IMG/VR virus record: IMGVR_UViG_3300044472_000032
Coordinates: 1 to 63,511 of that record
Length of the DNA stretch: 63,511 nucleotides
Strand: one strand, 5' to 3'
Origin: a virus
Lineage: Duplodnaviria > Caudoviricetes
Each line of letters starts with the position of its first letter. Positions within the stretch are counted from its first letter, which is position 1. Below, piece by piece: positions 28,270-38,244 of the stretch. The translations under genes and the position numbers were made by a program. A model generated the notes under the pieces. The model worked only from the letters and a program-made list of their open reading frames with translations. It was not told where the DNA came from and ran no database searches.

Positions 28270-28924
28270 AAAAAAAGGTATCGAGCTCGAGTGTCCATCG
28301 TGCGGCGCGCCTTCCGGACGTTATGGTTTCGAGTTAAGTGGTCTTCAGAGGTGGAGGTGCGATGGCGCTGTCCATCACATTTGGCATACTGTCGTATCGA
28401 GTAATTTAATCGATATCATTGGTGAGAAGGACTACCACCAGTTTTTTGTGATTCTGGGAAAGCTTAGAAGATCCGATTCGGGTCTGCTAAAGTCTTTTGC
28501 TCGGGCGGTAACCATCCTTTTTAAGATCGCAGAAAGGACGAGTTCTGGGCCTGCTGGTCATTGGTTTGTGATGATGAAAGCGGAACGGTTTTTAAGGATT
28601 TTCAATTCCGATAGCCAGCTGGCTAGGGCCACGTGGGAGCTGGTCAAGCTCACTAGTGCCGGGTTGAATTATTGCCGCGGTCCAGAGGTTTACAAAAATA
28701 CAAAAACATTTGATTTAAGACAATACGGGGGAAGGACGTGGGAGGATGCCTTGTCTCAGTTTTTATCGAGTGCCCCGGCAACTCCGTTTGTTGTGATTTC
28801 TGGTGTCGGTCGCGTTTTGAAAACGAGAGACAGGCTTATTCAGTTTGGATACGTGGTGGCGCCTTTTGAGATTGATAATGTCCAGTCGTACATTGCGCTC
28901 AGAAGAAAAACTCTAGGAGCTTGA
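28259..28924 (+). CDS. Hypothetical protein with N-terminal zinc-finger-like motif
   Basis: CPSCG...QRWRC. Confidence 0.6.
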   Translation: MAARKKGIELECPSCGAPSGRYGFELSGLQRWRCDGAVHHIWHTVVSSNLIDIIGEKDYHQFFVILGKLRRSDSGLLKSFARAVTILFKIAERTSSGPAGHWFVMMKAERFLRIFNSDSQLARATWELVKLTSAGLNYCRGPEVYKNTKTFDLRQYGGRTWEDALSQFLSSAPATPFVVISGVGRVLKTRDRLIQFGYVVAPFEIDNVQSYIALRRKTLGA

Positions 28925-28927
28925 ATT

Positions 28928-29125
28928 ATGGCCATGAGTCAAGAAAAGAAGACGGAAATGAAAATGCGCCGCGCTCGCCGTGCGGACCTGATCGCGCTTG
29001 CGCTAGATGCCGGGCTGCCGGTGCCGGCTTCGAGTCTGGAGCTGCTGCGGAGCCACCAGCTTGATCTTCCTGTTGAATCGCCGCGCCGTCGTCGTGTTGC
29101 TAACGCCGAATTGGTAAATGAATAA
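28928..29125 (+). CDS. Hypothetical protein
   Basis: SD AGGAG. Confidence 0.55.
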   Translation: MAMSQEKKTEMKMRRARRADLIALALDAGLPVPASSLELLRSHQLDLPVESPRRRRVANAELVNE

Positions 29126-30521
29126 ATTGAATTACGAAGAGTTTATTTCTCGCAAGCTCGTTTACGCGCCGCCTACCGGTATCGCTGGAGCTGTGCTTGC
29201 CAGTGAGTATTTTGATGAATTCCAATCCGACATAACAGCGTGGGCACTGCGTCGTGGGCGGGCTGCTATTTTTGCCGCAACTGGCCTAGGCAAGACTCGC
29301 ATGCAGCTTGGATGGGCCAGTTGCGTCTCCGAGTACACAGGCAGGCCGGTTTTAATCCTCGCGCCGCTGGCGGTCGCTGAGCAAACGAAAGAAGAGGCCT
29401 TTAAGGTTGGCATGAGCGCTACGGTGGCACGCGACGTGCGCGACATCAAGCCCGGAATCAATATTACTAATTACGACAGGTTGCACTTGTTCGACGCGTC
29501 TATTTTTGGCGGTGTGGTGCTGGACGAGTCGAGCATTATTAAACATCACGATGCGCAAACTTTGCGGCTCTTGATTGATGCGTTCGACCGTACGCCGTTT
29601 CGTTTGTGCTGTACGGCAACGCCTAGCCCCAATGATGACGTCGAGCTTGGTACGCATGCTGAATTTCTGGGCATATGCTCACGTTCGGAAATGCTTAGTG
29701 AGTTTTTCTGTCACGATGGCGGAGAGACACAGTCATGGCGCCTCAAGGGACACGCAAAGGCGGCTTTCTGGCGATTTGTTTCAAGCTGGGCTGCACTTGT
29801 TAGGAGCCCGGCTGATCTTGGCTATGACGGTAGCGCCTATGTGCTGCCCGGCCTCGAAACTATTAACCACGTCATTCCCGCTGATGATAAAACTGTCAGG
29901 GCTTCCGGTCGGCTTTTCGCAGCGCCGGCCGAAACGTTAATGGACAGGCGGGCTGCTCGCCGCAGTTCGATAAGCGCCAGGGTTGCCGCATGCGCCGCGC
30001 TGGTCAATGCGGATAATGAACAATGGGTAGTTTGGTGCGACCTCAATATGGAATCAGAGGAGCTCGCAGCGTCAATTCGTGGCGCGGTAGAAGTTACAGG
30101 ATCGATGACTGCTGAGCAAAAAGAAGCGGCGATGTCTGCTTTTGCGCACGGGCGCGCTCGGGTTATTGTCTCGAAGACTGCCATTTGCGGATTTGGGATG
30201 AATTGGCAGCATTGTCACAAGATGGCCTTTGTTGGTGTCACGGATTCATGGGAGCGTTACCATCAAGGCGTCCGTAGAATTTATCGATTTGGGCAGGACG
30301 AGATATGTAACATTCATGTTTTTTCGAGCGAGATGGAAGGCGCAGTTATCGACAACCTGAAACGCAAGGAAGAGTCTGCGGCGATAATGGCCGAGGAGCT
30401 TTCGCGAGAAACCGCTGCAATGGTGCGGGCTGAGATCCGTGGACAATCGCGGCAAACTGATGAATACTTTCCAAGGGTCGACATGTTGATTCCGAACTGG
30501 TGCAAAGAGGAGTTTGTTTGA
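29118..30521 (+). CDS. SNF2/DEAD-like helicase
   Basis: TGLGKT, LDESS, TATPSPND, GMNWQHC, RRIYRFGQ. Confidence 0.9.
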   Translation: MNKLNYEEFISRKLVYAPPTGIAGAVLASEYFDEFQSDITAWALRRGRAAIFAATGLGKTRMQLGWASCVSEYTGRPVLILAPLAVAEQTKEEAFKVGMSATVARDVRDIKPGINITNYDRLHLFDASIFGGVVLDESSIIKHHDAQTLRLLIDAFDRTPFRLCCTATPSPNDDVELGTHAEFLGICSRSEMLSEFFCHDGGETQSWRLKGHAKAAFWRFVSSWAALVRSPADLGYDGSAYVLPGLETINHVIPADDKTVRASGRLFAAPAETLMDRRAARRSSISARVAACAALVNADNEQWVVWCDLNMESEELAASIRGAVEVTGSMTAEQKEAAMSAFAHGRARVIVSKTAICGFGMNWQHCHKMAFVGVTDSWERYHQGVRRIYRFGQDEICNIHVFSSEMEGAVIDNLKRKEESAAIMAEELSRETAAMVRAEIRGQSRQTDEYFPRVDMLIPNWCKEEFV

Positions 30522-31408
30522 AAGTTATCAATCAAGAATTTGGCAATCGCTTCGCTTTGTATCATGGCGATTGCGTTGACGTCATGCGTGGAATGCCGGC
30601 AGCGAGTGTCGATTATTCGATATTCTCTCCGCCGTTTTCGAGTTTGTATACCTATTCGAATTCCGCGCGCGACATGGGAAACGTGCGAAACGATCGAGAG
30701 TTTTTCAGGCACTACCGCTTTGCCGTCAGCGAGCTTTTCAGGGTTACTCGCCCGGGGCGCCTGCTGTCGTTTCATTGCATGCTAATTCCGACTTCAAAAG
30801 AGCGCGATGGCTATATCGGGCTGCGCGATTTCCGCGGAGAGATGATTCGGGTATTCAAGCGTGCCGGGTTTATTCACCACTCCGAAGTAGTGATCTGGAA
30901 AGATCCGGTTACGGCCATGCAGCGCACTAAGGCGCTTGGGCTTCTACATAAAACTATCCGTAAGGATTCGGCGATGTCGCGGCAAGGGATCCCGGATTAT
31001 TTGGTGACCATGCGCAAGCCCGGGTTAAACGAAAGCCCAATTCCTCACACGCGCGAGAGCTTTCCGATACCACAATGGCAGCAGTACGCCTCGCCGGTAT
31101 GGATGGATATAAACCCGAGCGACACGCTGCAATTCCGCAGTGCTCGCGAGAATGAGGACGAGCGGCATATCTGCCCGCTGCAACTAACGGTTATTCGGCG
31201 CGGGCTCGAGTTGTGGACAAATCCAGGGGATGTAGTTTTTTCTCCGTTCGCCGGTATTGGGTCAGAGGGCTATGTAGCCCTCGAAGAAGGTCGCCGATTT
31301 ATTGGCGCGGAATTGAAAAAGAGCTATTACGAGCAGGCGTGCAGGAATCTGCATACCGTAGACGGTGGCAAGATGTCGCAAGGGTCGTTGGAATTTCAAA
31401 CAGAATAG
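30518..31408 (+). CDS. N4/N6 DNA methyltransferase (beta class)
   Basis: SPPF catalytic motif and PFAGIGS AdoMet motif; TTG start with SD GAGGAG. Confidence 0.9.
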   Translation: MKVINQEFGNRFALYHGDCVDVMRGMPAASVDYSIFSPPFSSLYTYSNSARDMGNVRNDREFFRHYRFAVSELFRVTRPGRLLSFHCMLIPTSKERDGYIGLRDFRGEMIRVFKRAGFIHHSEVVIWKDPVTAMQRTKALGLLHKTIRKDSAMSRQGIPDYLVTMRKPGLNESPIPHTRESFPIPQWQQYASPVWMDINPSDTLQFRSARENEDERHICPLQLTVIRRGLELWTNPGDVVFSPFAGIGSEGYVALEEGRRFIGAELKKSYYEQACRNLHTVDGGKMSQGSLEFQTE

Positions 31409-31416
31409 GTGTCAGC

Positions 31417-31680
31417 ATGACCGAAGATGAGATCTTGCGTGGGAAGTATCTTGAATGGCTGCGCGAAACAGTTGCTCTGAAAACTACGTGCAATGGAATG
31501 ATCGATGAGCATCGAAAAGCTACTAGGGATCTAATTCTCCAGGTTTCCATTCACGATCAATTGATTGCCGGTTACCATGAAAAAATAGATCGACTGGATA
31601 AGTCGATCGCGGATTATCGCTCTAGCGTCGCCACGGATCTTCCTGAACCAATAAACGCCAGCGAGATAATCGGCACGTAA
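31417..31680 (+). CDS. Hypothetical coiled-coil protein
   Basis: SD AGGTG. Confidence 0.55.
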   Translation: MTEDEILRGKYLEWLRETVALKTTCNGMIDEHRKATRDLILQVSIHDQLIAGYHEKIDRLDKSIADYRSSVATDLPEPINASEIIGT

Positions 31681-32243
31681 ACGATGACTTGTAAAATCAA
31701 ATCGATCCTGGCGCCCAGCGCTACCGCGCACAACACTAGCGATGGTGCTATCGCACACGCGGCGATGGTGCGACCGATCGGCAGCGGTAGGCGCCCGCCG
31801 GCCAGCATGGCGACGGCGGCCACAGCACACAGCCCGATTGATGCCGCATCGAGTGCCGAGGTCGAGATGCCCGCCAGCAGCGCCACAGGTCCGGCAGCGA
31901 GCCACCAGGATGCAACCCGCCACTCTCGCCCGTGCATGGCCAGTATCGCTGCCGCCAGGGCCACGCGAGCGAACGCGGACATGCTCGGGTCGGTCTGCCC
32001 TGTTGGTTGCGCCAAACTGCCCGCCACGATCGCCAGTAATCCCGCCCACGATTGCGCCTCCTTCGAGCCGCTGAGCCTGGTAGATACGCAGCAAATCGCG
32101 GCGCCCGTGGCCGCACACGCGCTTATTGTTCTCCACCAGTACTCAAGCGGGCTAGATATTCCGTTAAGGCAATTTCCTGCCGCCCAGATCCATGAGCCAA
32201 CGGCGTACGCGAAGATCGCGCGATCCGTGATTGTGATGTTCAT
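31614..32243 (-). CDS. Multi-pass membrane protein
   Basis: Several hydrophobic helices. Confidence 0.6.
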   Translation of the reverse strand: MNITITDRAIFAYAVGSWIWAAGNCLNGISSPLEYWWRTISACAATGAAICCVSTRLSGSKEAQSWAGLLAIVAGSLAQPTGQTDPSMSAFARVALAAAILAMHGREWRVASWWLAAGPVALLAGISTSALDAASIGLCAVAAVAMLAGGRLPLPIGRTIAACAIAPSLVLCAVALGARIDLILQVIVYVPIISLAFIGSGRSVATLER

Positions 32244-32264
32244 ATTCTGCTCGCTTCTCTCTTT

Positions 32265-32684
32265 TCAGTTTTTGCCGGCCGCGATTTCCTTCGCCGCGTC
32301 GATAACCACGCTTGCGGTATCGGGATGGCCGGAGGCCACCAGCACGGCACAGGCCGCTGCAATAATGGCGACAAAGCCGAGGAAGATCAAAAAGCGATCT
32401 GAGAATATTAGTTTAGCTATTGATCCTTGCCCGGGGTCGGCGTTATGCGCAGGGGGTTCGCTTTTGCTGCCGCCCGCGCCGCCGCCCGCCGCGGCAGAGC
32501 GGGCGAGCTCGCGCATCTCGCGGTCCCTGAGATCCTCGCGCCCGCCGGCAATTGTTTCCCGAATCGCTGAGATGTGGGCGGATATTTCCGCCATGTGGCT
32601 CGAGATCTTTTCAAGCTGCTGTTTCGAGCTAATGGAGAAAACTATCTCCTCTTGTGATGTAGAGTCGGTGCGCTGGATTTGCAT
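32265..32684 (-). CDS. Coiled-coil protein with C-terminal TM helix
   Basis: SD GGAG; TATAAT upstream on the minus strand. Confidence 0.6.
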   Translation of the reverse strand: MQIQRTDSTSQEEIVFSISSKQQLEKISSHMAEISAHISAIRETIAGGREDLRDREMRELARSAAAGGGAGGSKSEPPAHNADPGQGSIAKLIFSDRFLIFLGFVAIIAAACAVLVASGHPDTASVVIDAAKEIAAGKN

Positions 32685-32786
32685 TGCATTCTCCGGGATA
32701 AAATTGGGGATTGATTGGCCAGCGTTGTTAAGCGGTTCTCGTAGTAACGCTGATTATAATATCCAAATATTATTTTATCAAATTCC

Positions 32787-33995
32787 ATGAGATTGATTGA
32801 TTTCTTTGCAGGCGTTGGCTGTTTTTCGATTGCTGGGCATTCGCTTGGCATCGAAACTGTAGCGGCATGTGAGATCGATAAGCATGCGTCGGCCTGCTTT
32901 GCTTCACATTTCGAAGGAGTGCCAAACTTTGGCGACATCTCAAAAGCAGGACTCGAAAGAGAATTGCCCGACGCGGATATCTGGTCTGGAGGAAGTCCTT
33001 GCGTTGACGTCTCGCCCGCCGGAAAGCGAGCCGGGCTCGAAGGCGGAACAAGATCGGGGCTCGTTTATAAACTCATTGCGCTCGCCTCCGTGCGCCGTCC
33101 GCGATGGATTCTTTTGGAAAACAGCGCAGGGCTCATTACTACCGCCGGAGGAATCAACCTATGGAATCTCCTTACCGCAATTGACCACATCGGGTATCGT
33201 TGTGCATGGCGAGTGCTGGATTCTCAATACTTTGGAATTCCCCAGGCAAGGCGCAGGGTCTTTATCCTTGCGCGAGATATTGGAGCCGGAGGAGTTAGTC
33301 CCGAGGAAATATTATTTGACGAGGAAGGCGGCGGAAGGCATGCGACGGCGCGCCGAGAGACGTGGAAGAAATCTTCCGCCGGACCTTCAGGCCGCGTTGG
33401 AATTTCTCGAGCTATCTCCACTCGGCCATGTCAAAGATTAGACCCGGGAGCAGGCGGCGTTTCTTTTGTTGTTGGTGCTTTTAATGCAGAAACAGTTACG
33501 AGCGGTGAGAATAGATCGAGTGTTACGCCGCATGCTCCGACTATGAGCACGCGCGGTCTTGGGTCGATGATTGGTATAACTCCACAAGCTATTGATGGGC
33601 CAGGTTGCCATGCCGATATGGCTCCGGTGATCGGAACGCGCAATCGTGCGTCGGTTGTCGGTTTTGATTCCAAGGGGCTTATGGGCCCTGGAAATTTTGG
33701 AGATAAAAGCCCGGTTCTTCGCGCCGAGCAGCGGGCAGGTGTTGCCGGAACGATTTGCGCGAATTACGGTAAGCAAGTTGGACAGGATCAGGGAAATGGC
33801 ATTGTGGCGCATGGAAAGTCGCCAGCCGGCTACTTTGTTCGCCGCTTTACTCCGCTGGAGTGCGAAAGAATACAGGGAATCCCGGATTCCTGGACTGAAG
33901 GCTTTAGCGATGCGCAACGTTATAAAATGATCGGCAACGCCTGCCCTCCGCCGATGATCAAATGGATTCTTGGTCGGTTAATTGCAAGATCATGA
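32787..33995 (+). CDS. C5 cytosine DNA methyltransferase
   Basis: DFFAGVG, GGSPC, LENS, QARRRVF, RRFTPLECERIQG, IGNA. Confidence 0.92.
   Translation: MRLIDFFAGVGCFSIAGHSLGIETVAACEIDKHASACFASHFEGVPNFGDISKAGLERELPDADIWSGGSPCVDVSPAGKRAGLEGGTRSGLVYKLIALASVRRPRWILLENSAGLITTAGGINLWNLLTAIDHIGYRCAWRVLDSQYFGIPQARRRVFILARDIGAGGVSPEEILFDEEGGGRHATARRETWKKSSAGPSGRVGISRAISTRPCQRLDPGAGGVSFVVGAFNAETVTSGENRSSVTPHAPTMSTRGLGSMIGITPQAIDGPGCHADMAPVIGTRNRASVVGFDSKGLMGPGNFGDKSPVLRAEQRAGVAGTICANYGKQVGQDQGNGIVAHGKSPAGYFVRRFTPLECERIQGIPDSWTEGFSDAQRYKMIGNACPPPMIKWILGRLIARS
32869..33441 (+). CDS. Overprinted +1-frame protein, M.EcoHK31I beta-polypeptide-like (start uncertain)
   Basis: SGIVVHGECWILNTLEFP...SLREILE...YYLT..A..G.RRRAERRG..LP..LQAAL. 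Confidence 0.65.
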   Translation: MRSISMRRPALLHISKECQTLATSQKQDSKENCPTRISGLEEVLALTSRPPESEPGSKAEQDRGSFINSLRSPPCAVRDGFFWKTAQGSLLPPEESTYGISLPQLTTSGIVVHGECWILNTLEFPRQGAGSLSLREILEPEELVPRKYYLTRKAAEGMRRRAERRGRNLPPDLQAALEFLELSPLGHVKD

Positions 33996-34030
33996 GATTT
34001 GCTCTATTCTGACGGCGGCCGAATAGGAGC

Positions 34031-35692
34031 TTGCAATACATGCCGGTAAATACCCCTCATCCTGATTACGTTTCATCCCTCCCTGATTGGCAGATTTGCC
34101 GCGCCGTGTCCGGATCCTCCCGCGGGCTCAAGCGAAGCCCTGCGATTAGGGCCATTTTGCCGCCGTTGCCTGGGCACGATCTCGACAAAGAGGCGTATAT
34201 CCGCTACGTCGACCGCGCTTACTTTTTCCCCGCGTGCGGTCGCTTTATCGAGGGGCTGCTTGGTATGCTTTGTCAGTCTCCGCCGTCGATCACCGCGACG
34301 GGTGCGGGTGGCGGCAATGAGCCCGACTCCGGCGAGGGCGCGGCCATTCTCAAAAAAATCAATGAATGGGCCGCGGATGTCACTGGCGCCAAGTGCTCAC
34401 TGTCCGCGCTCAGGCGGTACCTCACAGATGAGATCGCACGCGTTGGGCGTGTCGCACTTGTAGTTGATTACCCCGTTGTCGATGGCGCGCCTACGGTACG
34501 CCAGGCGGCCAAGTTGCGGCTCATGCCAATGGTCTCATTTTACCCGGCCGAAGCTTTGAGGCTGTGGGATAGCGAGATTGTAGGCGGTAAAGAAGTCCTT
34601 AATCTTGCCGTGCTCGAAGAGGTATTTACCAAGCGATCAGAAAAAGACGAGTTCGTCATCGAAAAGAAAAAGCGCTGGCGCGAATGGGCGCTCGCCAGCA
34701 ATCCGGTGAACGGCGGAGTTAATAACGCCCGCGTTCGAATTTGGATCGAGCCAGATAAAAACTCCGATGGCAAGCCGGTTATATTGCAGGAGTATTGGCC
34801 GAAATTCCCTGATGGATCTTACCTTGAAGAGTTGCCTGTTTACATTGGCGGAGTTAATGGCATCGGAGCGCAAGTAACGCCGGCTGCTGTTGACGACTTG
34901 GTCGATGTGAATATCGCTCATTTTAGAAATAGCGCGGACCTTGAGCACGCGCTAGTTCTTTCTGGCCATCCGCTCAGATGGGTTACTGGTTACGATCAGG
35001 ACGAGGAGGAGGGCATAAATGCCCTAGGCATTACTCATGATGTCGGCGGATCCGCGGCAGAGGGCGTGAATATTGGCGGTGAATTTCCGATCGGTTTAGA
35101 TGCAATCGCTTCGAGGCGGATCGGTGTACGAGATAGGCCGGGATGGGCAGTTGGTAGCGATAGGATTTGGATCATTAAATCAGCCCAGGCAAAGCTCGGC
35201 TCTCTTGCGGCATCCGAAAACGAAAACGGAGCGCTATTTGCTTCGATGGCTAGCAAGAAAGAGGACATGACTGCTATCGGTGGCAGAATTCTGGCGATCG
35301 ACAAGGCGGCCGCGGAGGCCGCCAAAACCGAGGAGCTGCGTCGCGGTGGCGAGCGATCGGTAGCGCAAATGGTTTGTGACGCGGTCGCTGAAATACTCAC
35401 TGAGGTGATACGCACCGGGGCTAGGTGGTTAGGGTTTTCGCCTGAGCAGGCGATGGCGCTGGCTGTTTCCGGCAGGGTTGACATTCTCCAGTCTATGACT
35501 CCAGACGAGGCGCTTGCGTGGGCCTCGCTTTGGCAGTCCCGCGTTATCGCTCGCTCGGATTTGATGTTAATTTTTAAGCGCGGTGGAGCCATTGGCCAGG
35601 AGCGCGATGGGAAAGCCATTGACGCCGAGAACGCAGTGGATCCTCCGGAGATGGGCGGCACTGAAGTGCCCGGGGCTGGCGGCCCTGTTTGA
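34031..35692 (+). CDS. Portal protein (DUF4055-like)
   Basis: Size and position; HPDY...W, Y..RA.F, NIAHFRNSADLEH. Confidence 0.85.
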   Translation: MQYMPVNTPHPDYVSSLPDWQICRAVSGSSRGLKRSPAIRAILPPLPGHDLDKEAYIRYVDRAYFFPACGRFIEGLLGMLCQSPPSITATGAGGGNEPDSGEGAAILKKINEWAADVTGAKCSLSALRRYLTDEIARVGRVALVVDYPVVDGAPTVRQAAKLRLMPMVSFYPAEALRLWDSEIVGGKEVLNLAVLEEVFTKRSEKDEFVIEKKKRWREWALASNPVNGGVNNARVRIWIEPDKNSDGKPVILQEYWPKFPDGSYLEELPVYIGGVNGIGAQVTPAAVDDLVDVNIAHFRNSADLEHALVLSGHPLRWVTGYDQDEEEGINALGITHDVGGSAAEGVNIGGEFPIGLDAIASRRIGVRDRPGWAVGSDRIWIIKSAQAKLGSLAASENENGALFASMASKKEDMTAIGGRILAIDKAAAEAAKTEELRRGGERSVAQMVCDAVAEILTEVIRTGARWLGFSPEQAMALAVSGRVDILQSMTPDEALAWASLWQSRVIARSDLMLIFKRGGAIGQERDGKAIDAENAVDPPEMGGTEVPGAGGPV

Positions 35693-35987
35693 TGAACCGC
35701 ACAATTCGTAATCATCCATGCAAAAAATCGGCGATTGCTGTGGGCGTATCGGCCGCCGTGGGCGTACAAGGGCTGATCAGGAAAGCGATAGTGAGCCATA
35801 TCGCGATCGCCTGTTGTTTGCAAGGATGCTGCGGCGCGGGGAAAGCAAGAGTAGAGTTGCAATTCTCGCGGGAGATGAGCGGCCTATCGCAGATCGCAAG
35901 CGCGTCCATGTAATTATCGTTAGGCGGGATTATCGCTGGAATTGTTGGAATTCCGGATGGCGGCATCGAATGGGTTAGAATCTGCGC

Positions 35988-37115
35988 ATGGTTAGCGTAA
36001 TTGAACGGCTCTATCGGGAAATGACGCGGCGATCCCTTCGCCAAGCTTATGGCGTGCACCGCTGGCAGGAGGGGATTGCCGATGCTGTTTTAGCGATCGT
36101 AAACGCGGCCCTTCGCGATCTCGATATTGAGACGCGCCTAAAGGAGTCTCAGGGCAAAAAGATTCCGGTAAGACTCCAGTCGATTAGAAGGGAAATGCTT
36201 GCCATGCGTAGCGAGATGGTCAAGGCGATTAAGGAGCGCATGGCGAGCCTGGCCGAAGGCGCGGCGGCAAATCTGGCCGAGATCCACGCGAAGGGCGTAC
36301 AAGACTCGATATTTGACACTTTTGCGCTTAATTTTTCGATGTCCAGGCCGGCACCGGCAACGCTCGAAGCCATCGCGCTTTCGCGGCCATTTCAGGGTCG
36401 CGTTATGGCCGAGCATGTTGTCAAGCTTGGGGATGATTTTGTGGCGCGCGCCACCCGGGCGCTGCAGGTCGGCATGGCCAACGGACGCACCCCGCAAGAG
36501 CTTGCCGGCCTGCTGCGCGGCAATCGTCGCCGAGGTGTCGAGGATCCCTCTGCGGTCTATCCAGTGACGCGCAGGGAGTCACAGGTTATCTCCCGCACGT
36601 TTGCGCAGCACGTCCATTCAGAGGCCCGTGGCGCGCTGTACGAGGCAAACGGCAATGCGATTGGGAATGTGATGTATGTCTGTACTCTGGACGAGCGCAC
36701 GTGCATTCTCTATTGCGCCCCTCGCGATGGCCTGATGTGGACGCTGCCGGATCATAAGCCGGTGAATCACGATCTCCCGTGGCTCGGTGGCCCAGGGCAG
36801 ATTCATTTTCAGTGCCGCTGTACCAGCATTCCTGTATTCAAAAGTGGATTTCTCGAAGATTTAGGTGTTGACCCGGCGAAGCTGGCGCAGGGTGGCAGGG
36901 CGGCTATGGATGGTCCGGTTGATGTGGCGACGGATTATTCTGATTGGCTCAAAAAACAGCCGCCATCTCGGCAGGATTTGATCCTCGGCGCAAAGCGCGC
37001 GGAGTGGTGGCGCAGGAGCGGAAAGTCTTTGCTGCAAGCTACTGAGCACCGTTTCGGTAAGAAGCCAATCCAGCCAGCGCGAACGCTTGCAGATGCGTTT
37101 GACGAATTCGATTAA
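35988..37115 (+). CDS. MuF / SPP1 gp7-like head morphogenesis protein
   Basis: TLDERTC..C..RDG, HFQCRCT, YSDWLKKQ; TAGAAT-6 nt-ATG suggests a leaderless start. Confidence 0.85.
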   Translation: MVSVIERLYREMTRRSLRQAYGVHRWQEGIADAVLAIVNAALRDLDIETRLKESQGKKIPVRLQSIRREMLAMRSEMVKAIKERMASLAEGAAANLAEIHAKGVQDSIFDTFALNFSMSRPAPATLEAIALSRPFQGRVMAEHVVKLGDDFVARATRALQVGMANGRTPQELAGLLRGNRRRGVEDPSAVYPVTRRESQVISRTFAQHVHSEARGALYEANGNAIGNVMYVCTLDERTCILYCAPRDGLMWTLPDHKPVNHDLPWLGGPGQIHFQCRCTSIPVFKSGFLEDLGVDPAKLAQGGRAAMDGPVDVATDYSDWLKKQPPSRQDLILGAKRAEWWRRSGKSLLQATEHRFGKKPIQPARTLADAFDEFD

Positions 37116-37265
37116 TTAATTTCTGGATATTTTTTATCCACGCCCTCGGCGCTCCTGAAGTGTCGAGGGCGTATTGATTTGCAAAAAAAGACGGTTTCGG
37201 CGATCATTTGATTAGGGCGCGATGCCCGATCCCCAAAACAGAGGGCGTGATGCCCAAGGAGCTTT

Positions 37266-38177
37266 ATGGCTATTCCCTGGAAAGAGTCTGTGACCGCGGA
37301 TGAATTCGGCAAAATGCCGGATGCGCTCAAGGCGTTTTACGAAGTTGATTCAAACGATTCGGCGCGCTACGTGTCCGCTGTCGACGGACTGCAAAGCCTG
37401 CGGCAAGCAAAGGAAAATGCCGATCGTAACGCGAAGACGCGGGGTGATCTTCTGGCGAAGTTGGTGCCGGGAATCAAGAAAGAGGACGGCAAGGGGTTTA
37501 TCGAGTTTTCTGCATGGCCGGCGATCGTTGATCCTGTTGCGGAGGCGGTTGCCGCGCTTTACGAATCTTCTGGGTCCCAGACGATTAATGGAGAAGTCGT
37601 AAAGTCGCTGCTCGGTGGTAAGGGCGGATCTAAAAAGGACGGCACTGGTGCGGCGGATGACTCCGCGGCCAAGCTCACGCAGCTGGCGGCCGAGAAGGCA
37701 AAGTTGCTGTCTGATCTCACGATTGCAAATGCGAATCTCGCGAAGGCGACCGAAAAAGACGGCCGCGTTACCACCCGCTTGAATTCTTTGATTCGCGATC
37801 GCGAGTTCGATGCTGCCGCGGATTCGCTGAATATCGTCGACCCAGTGAACCGCCAGATGGCGCGGGCGGTATGGGCTGCGCTCAATCCGGTGGTGCAGGA
37901 AGTCGAAGACAATGGCACATCGAAAGAAGTGGTTTTCGTCAAGGATAATCAGGGCGTCGATCGCGTTCTCGGTGAGTACCTCAAAACTACCTGGGCGCCT
38001 ACTGAAGTCGGCAAGGCCTTGATGACTGCGAAAACCGGTAACGGCAGCGGCAGCGGCGGTGTTCAGGGCAGCGGCGCTGCGCGCGGCGCGGTCGACATGG
38101 ACAAAATGACGCCTATGCAGCTGCTCGATCTTGGTATGTCTCAAAGTTCTGGATTCGGGCAGTCCGGGCAAAGTTAA
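37266..38177 (+). CDS. Capsid scaffolding protein
   Basis: Coiled coil and Gly-rich C-terminus; upstream of the capsid gene. Confidence 0.7.
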   Translation: MAIPWKESVTADEFGKMPDALKAFYEVDSNDSARYVSAVDGLQSLRQAKENADRNAKTRGDLLAKLVPGIKKEDGKGFIEFSAWPAIVDPVAEAVAALYESSGSQTINGEVVKSLLGGKGGSKKDGTGAADDSAAKLTQLAAEKAKLLSDLTIANANLAKATEKDGRVTTRLNSLIRDREFDAAADSLNIVDPVNRQMARAVWAALNPVVQEVEDNGTSKEVVFVKDNQGVDRVLGEYLKTTWAPTEVGKALMTAKTGNGSGSGGVQGSGAARGAVDMDKMTPMQLLDLGMSQSSGFGQSGQS

Positions 38178-38244
38178 ACAATTCGCCAGAGAAAGCTTCG
38201 GGAAAGACGCGGCTCTCGGGCGAGAATAGAAAAAGGGGTCTGTC

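Noticed and set aside
31684-32790. 368-aa plus-strand ORF
   Set aside because: Antisense shadow of two minus-strand membrane-protein genes; low-complexity composition
35689-35980. Gene between portal and MuF
   Set aside because: Three competing short ORFs, none with a clear SD or motif
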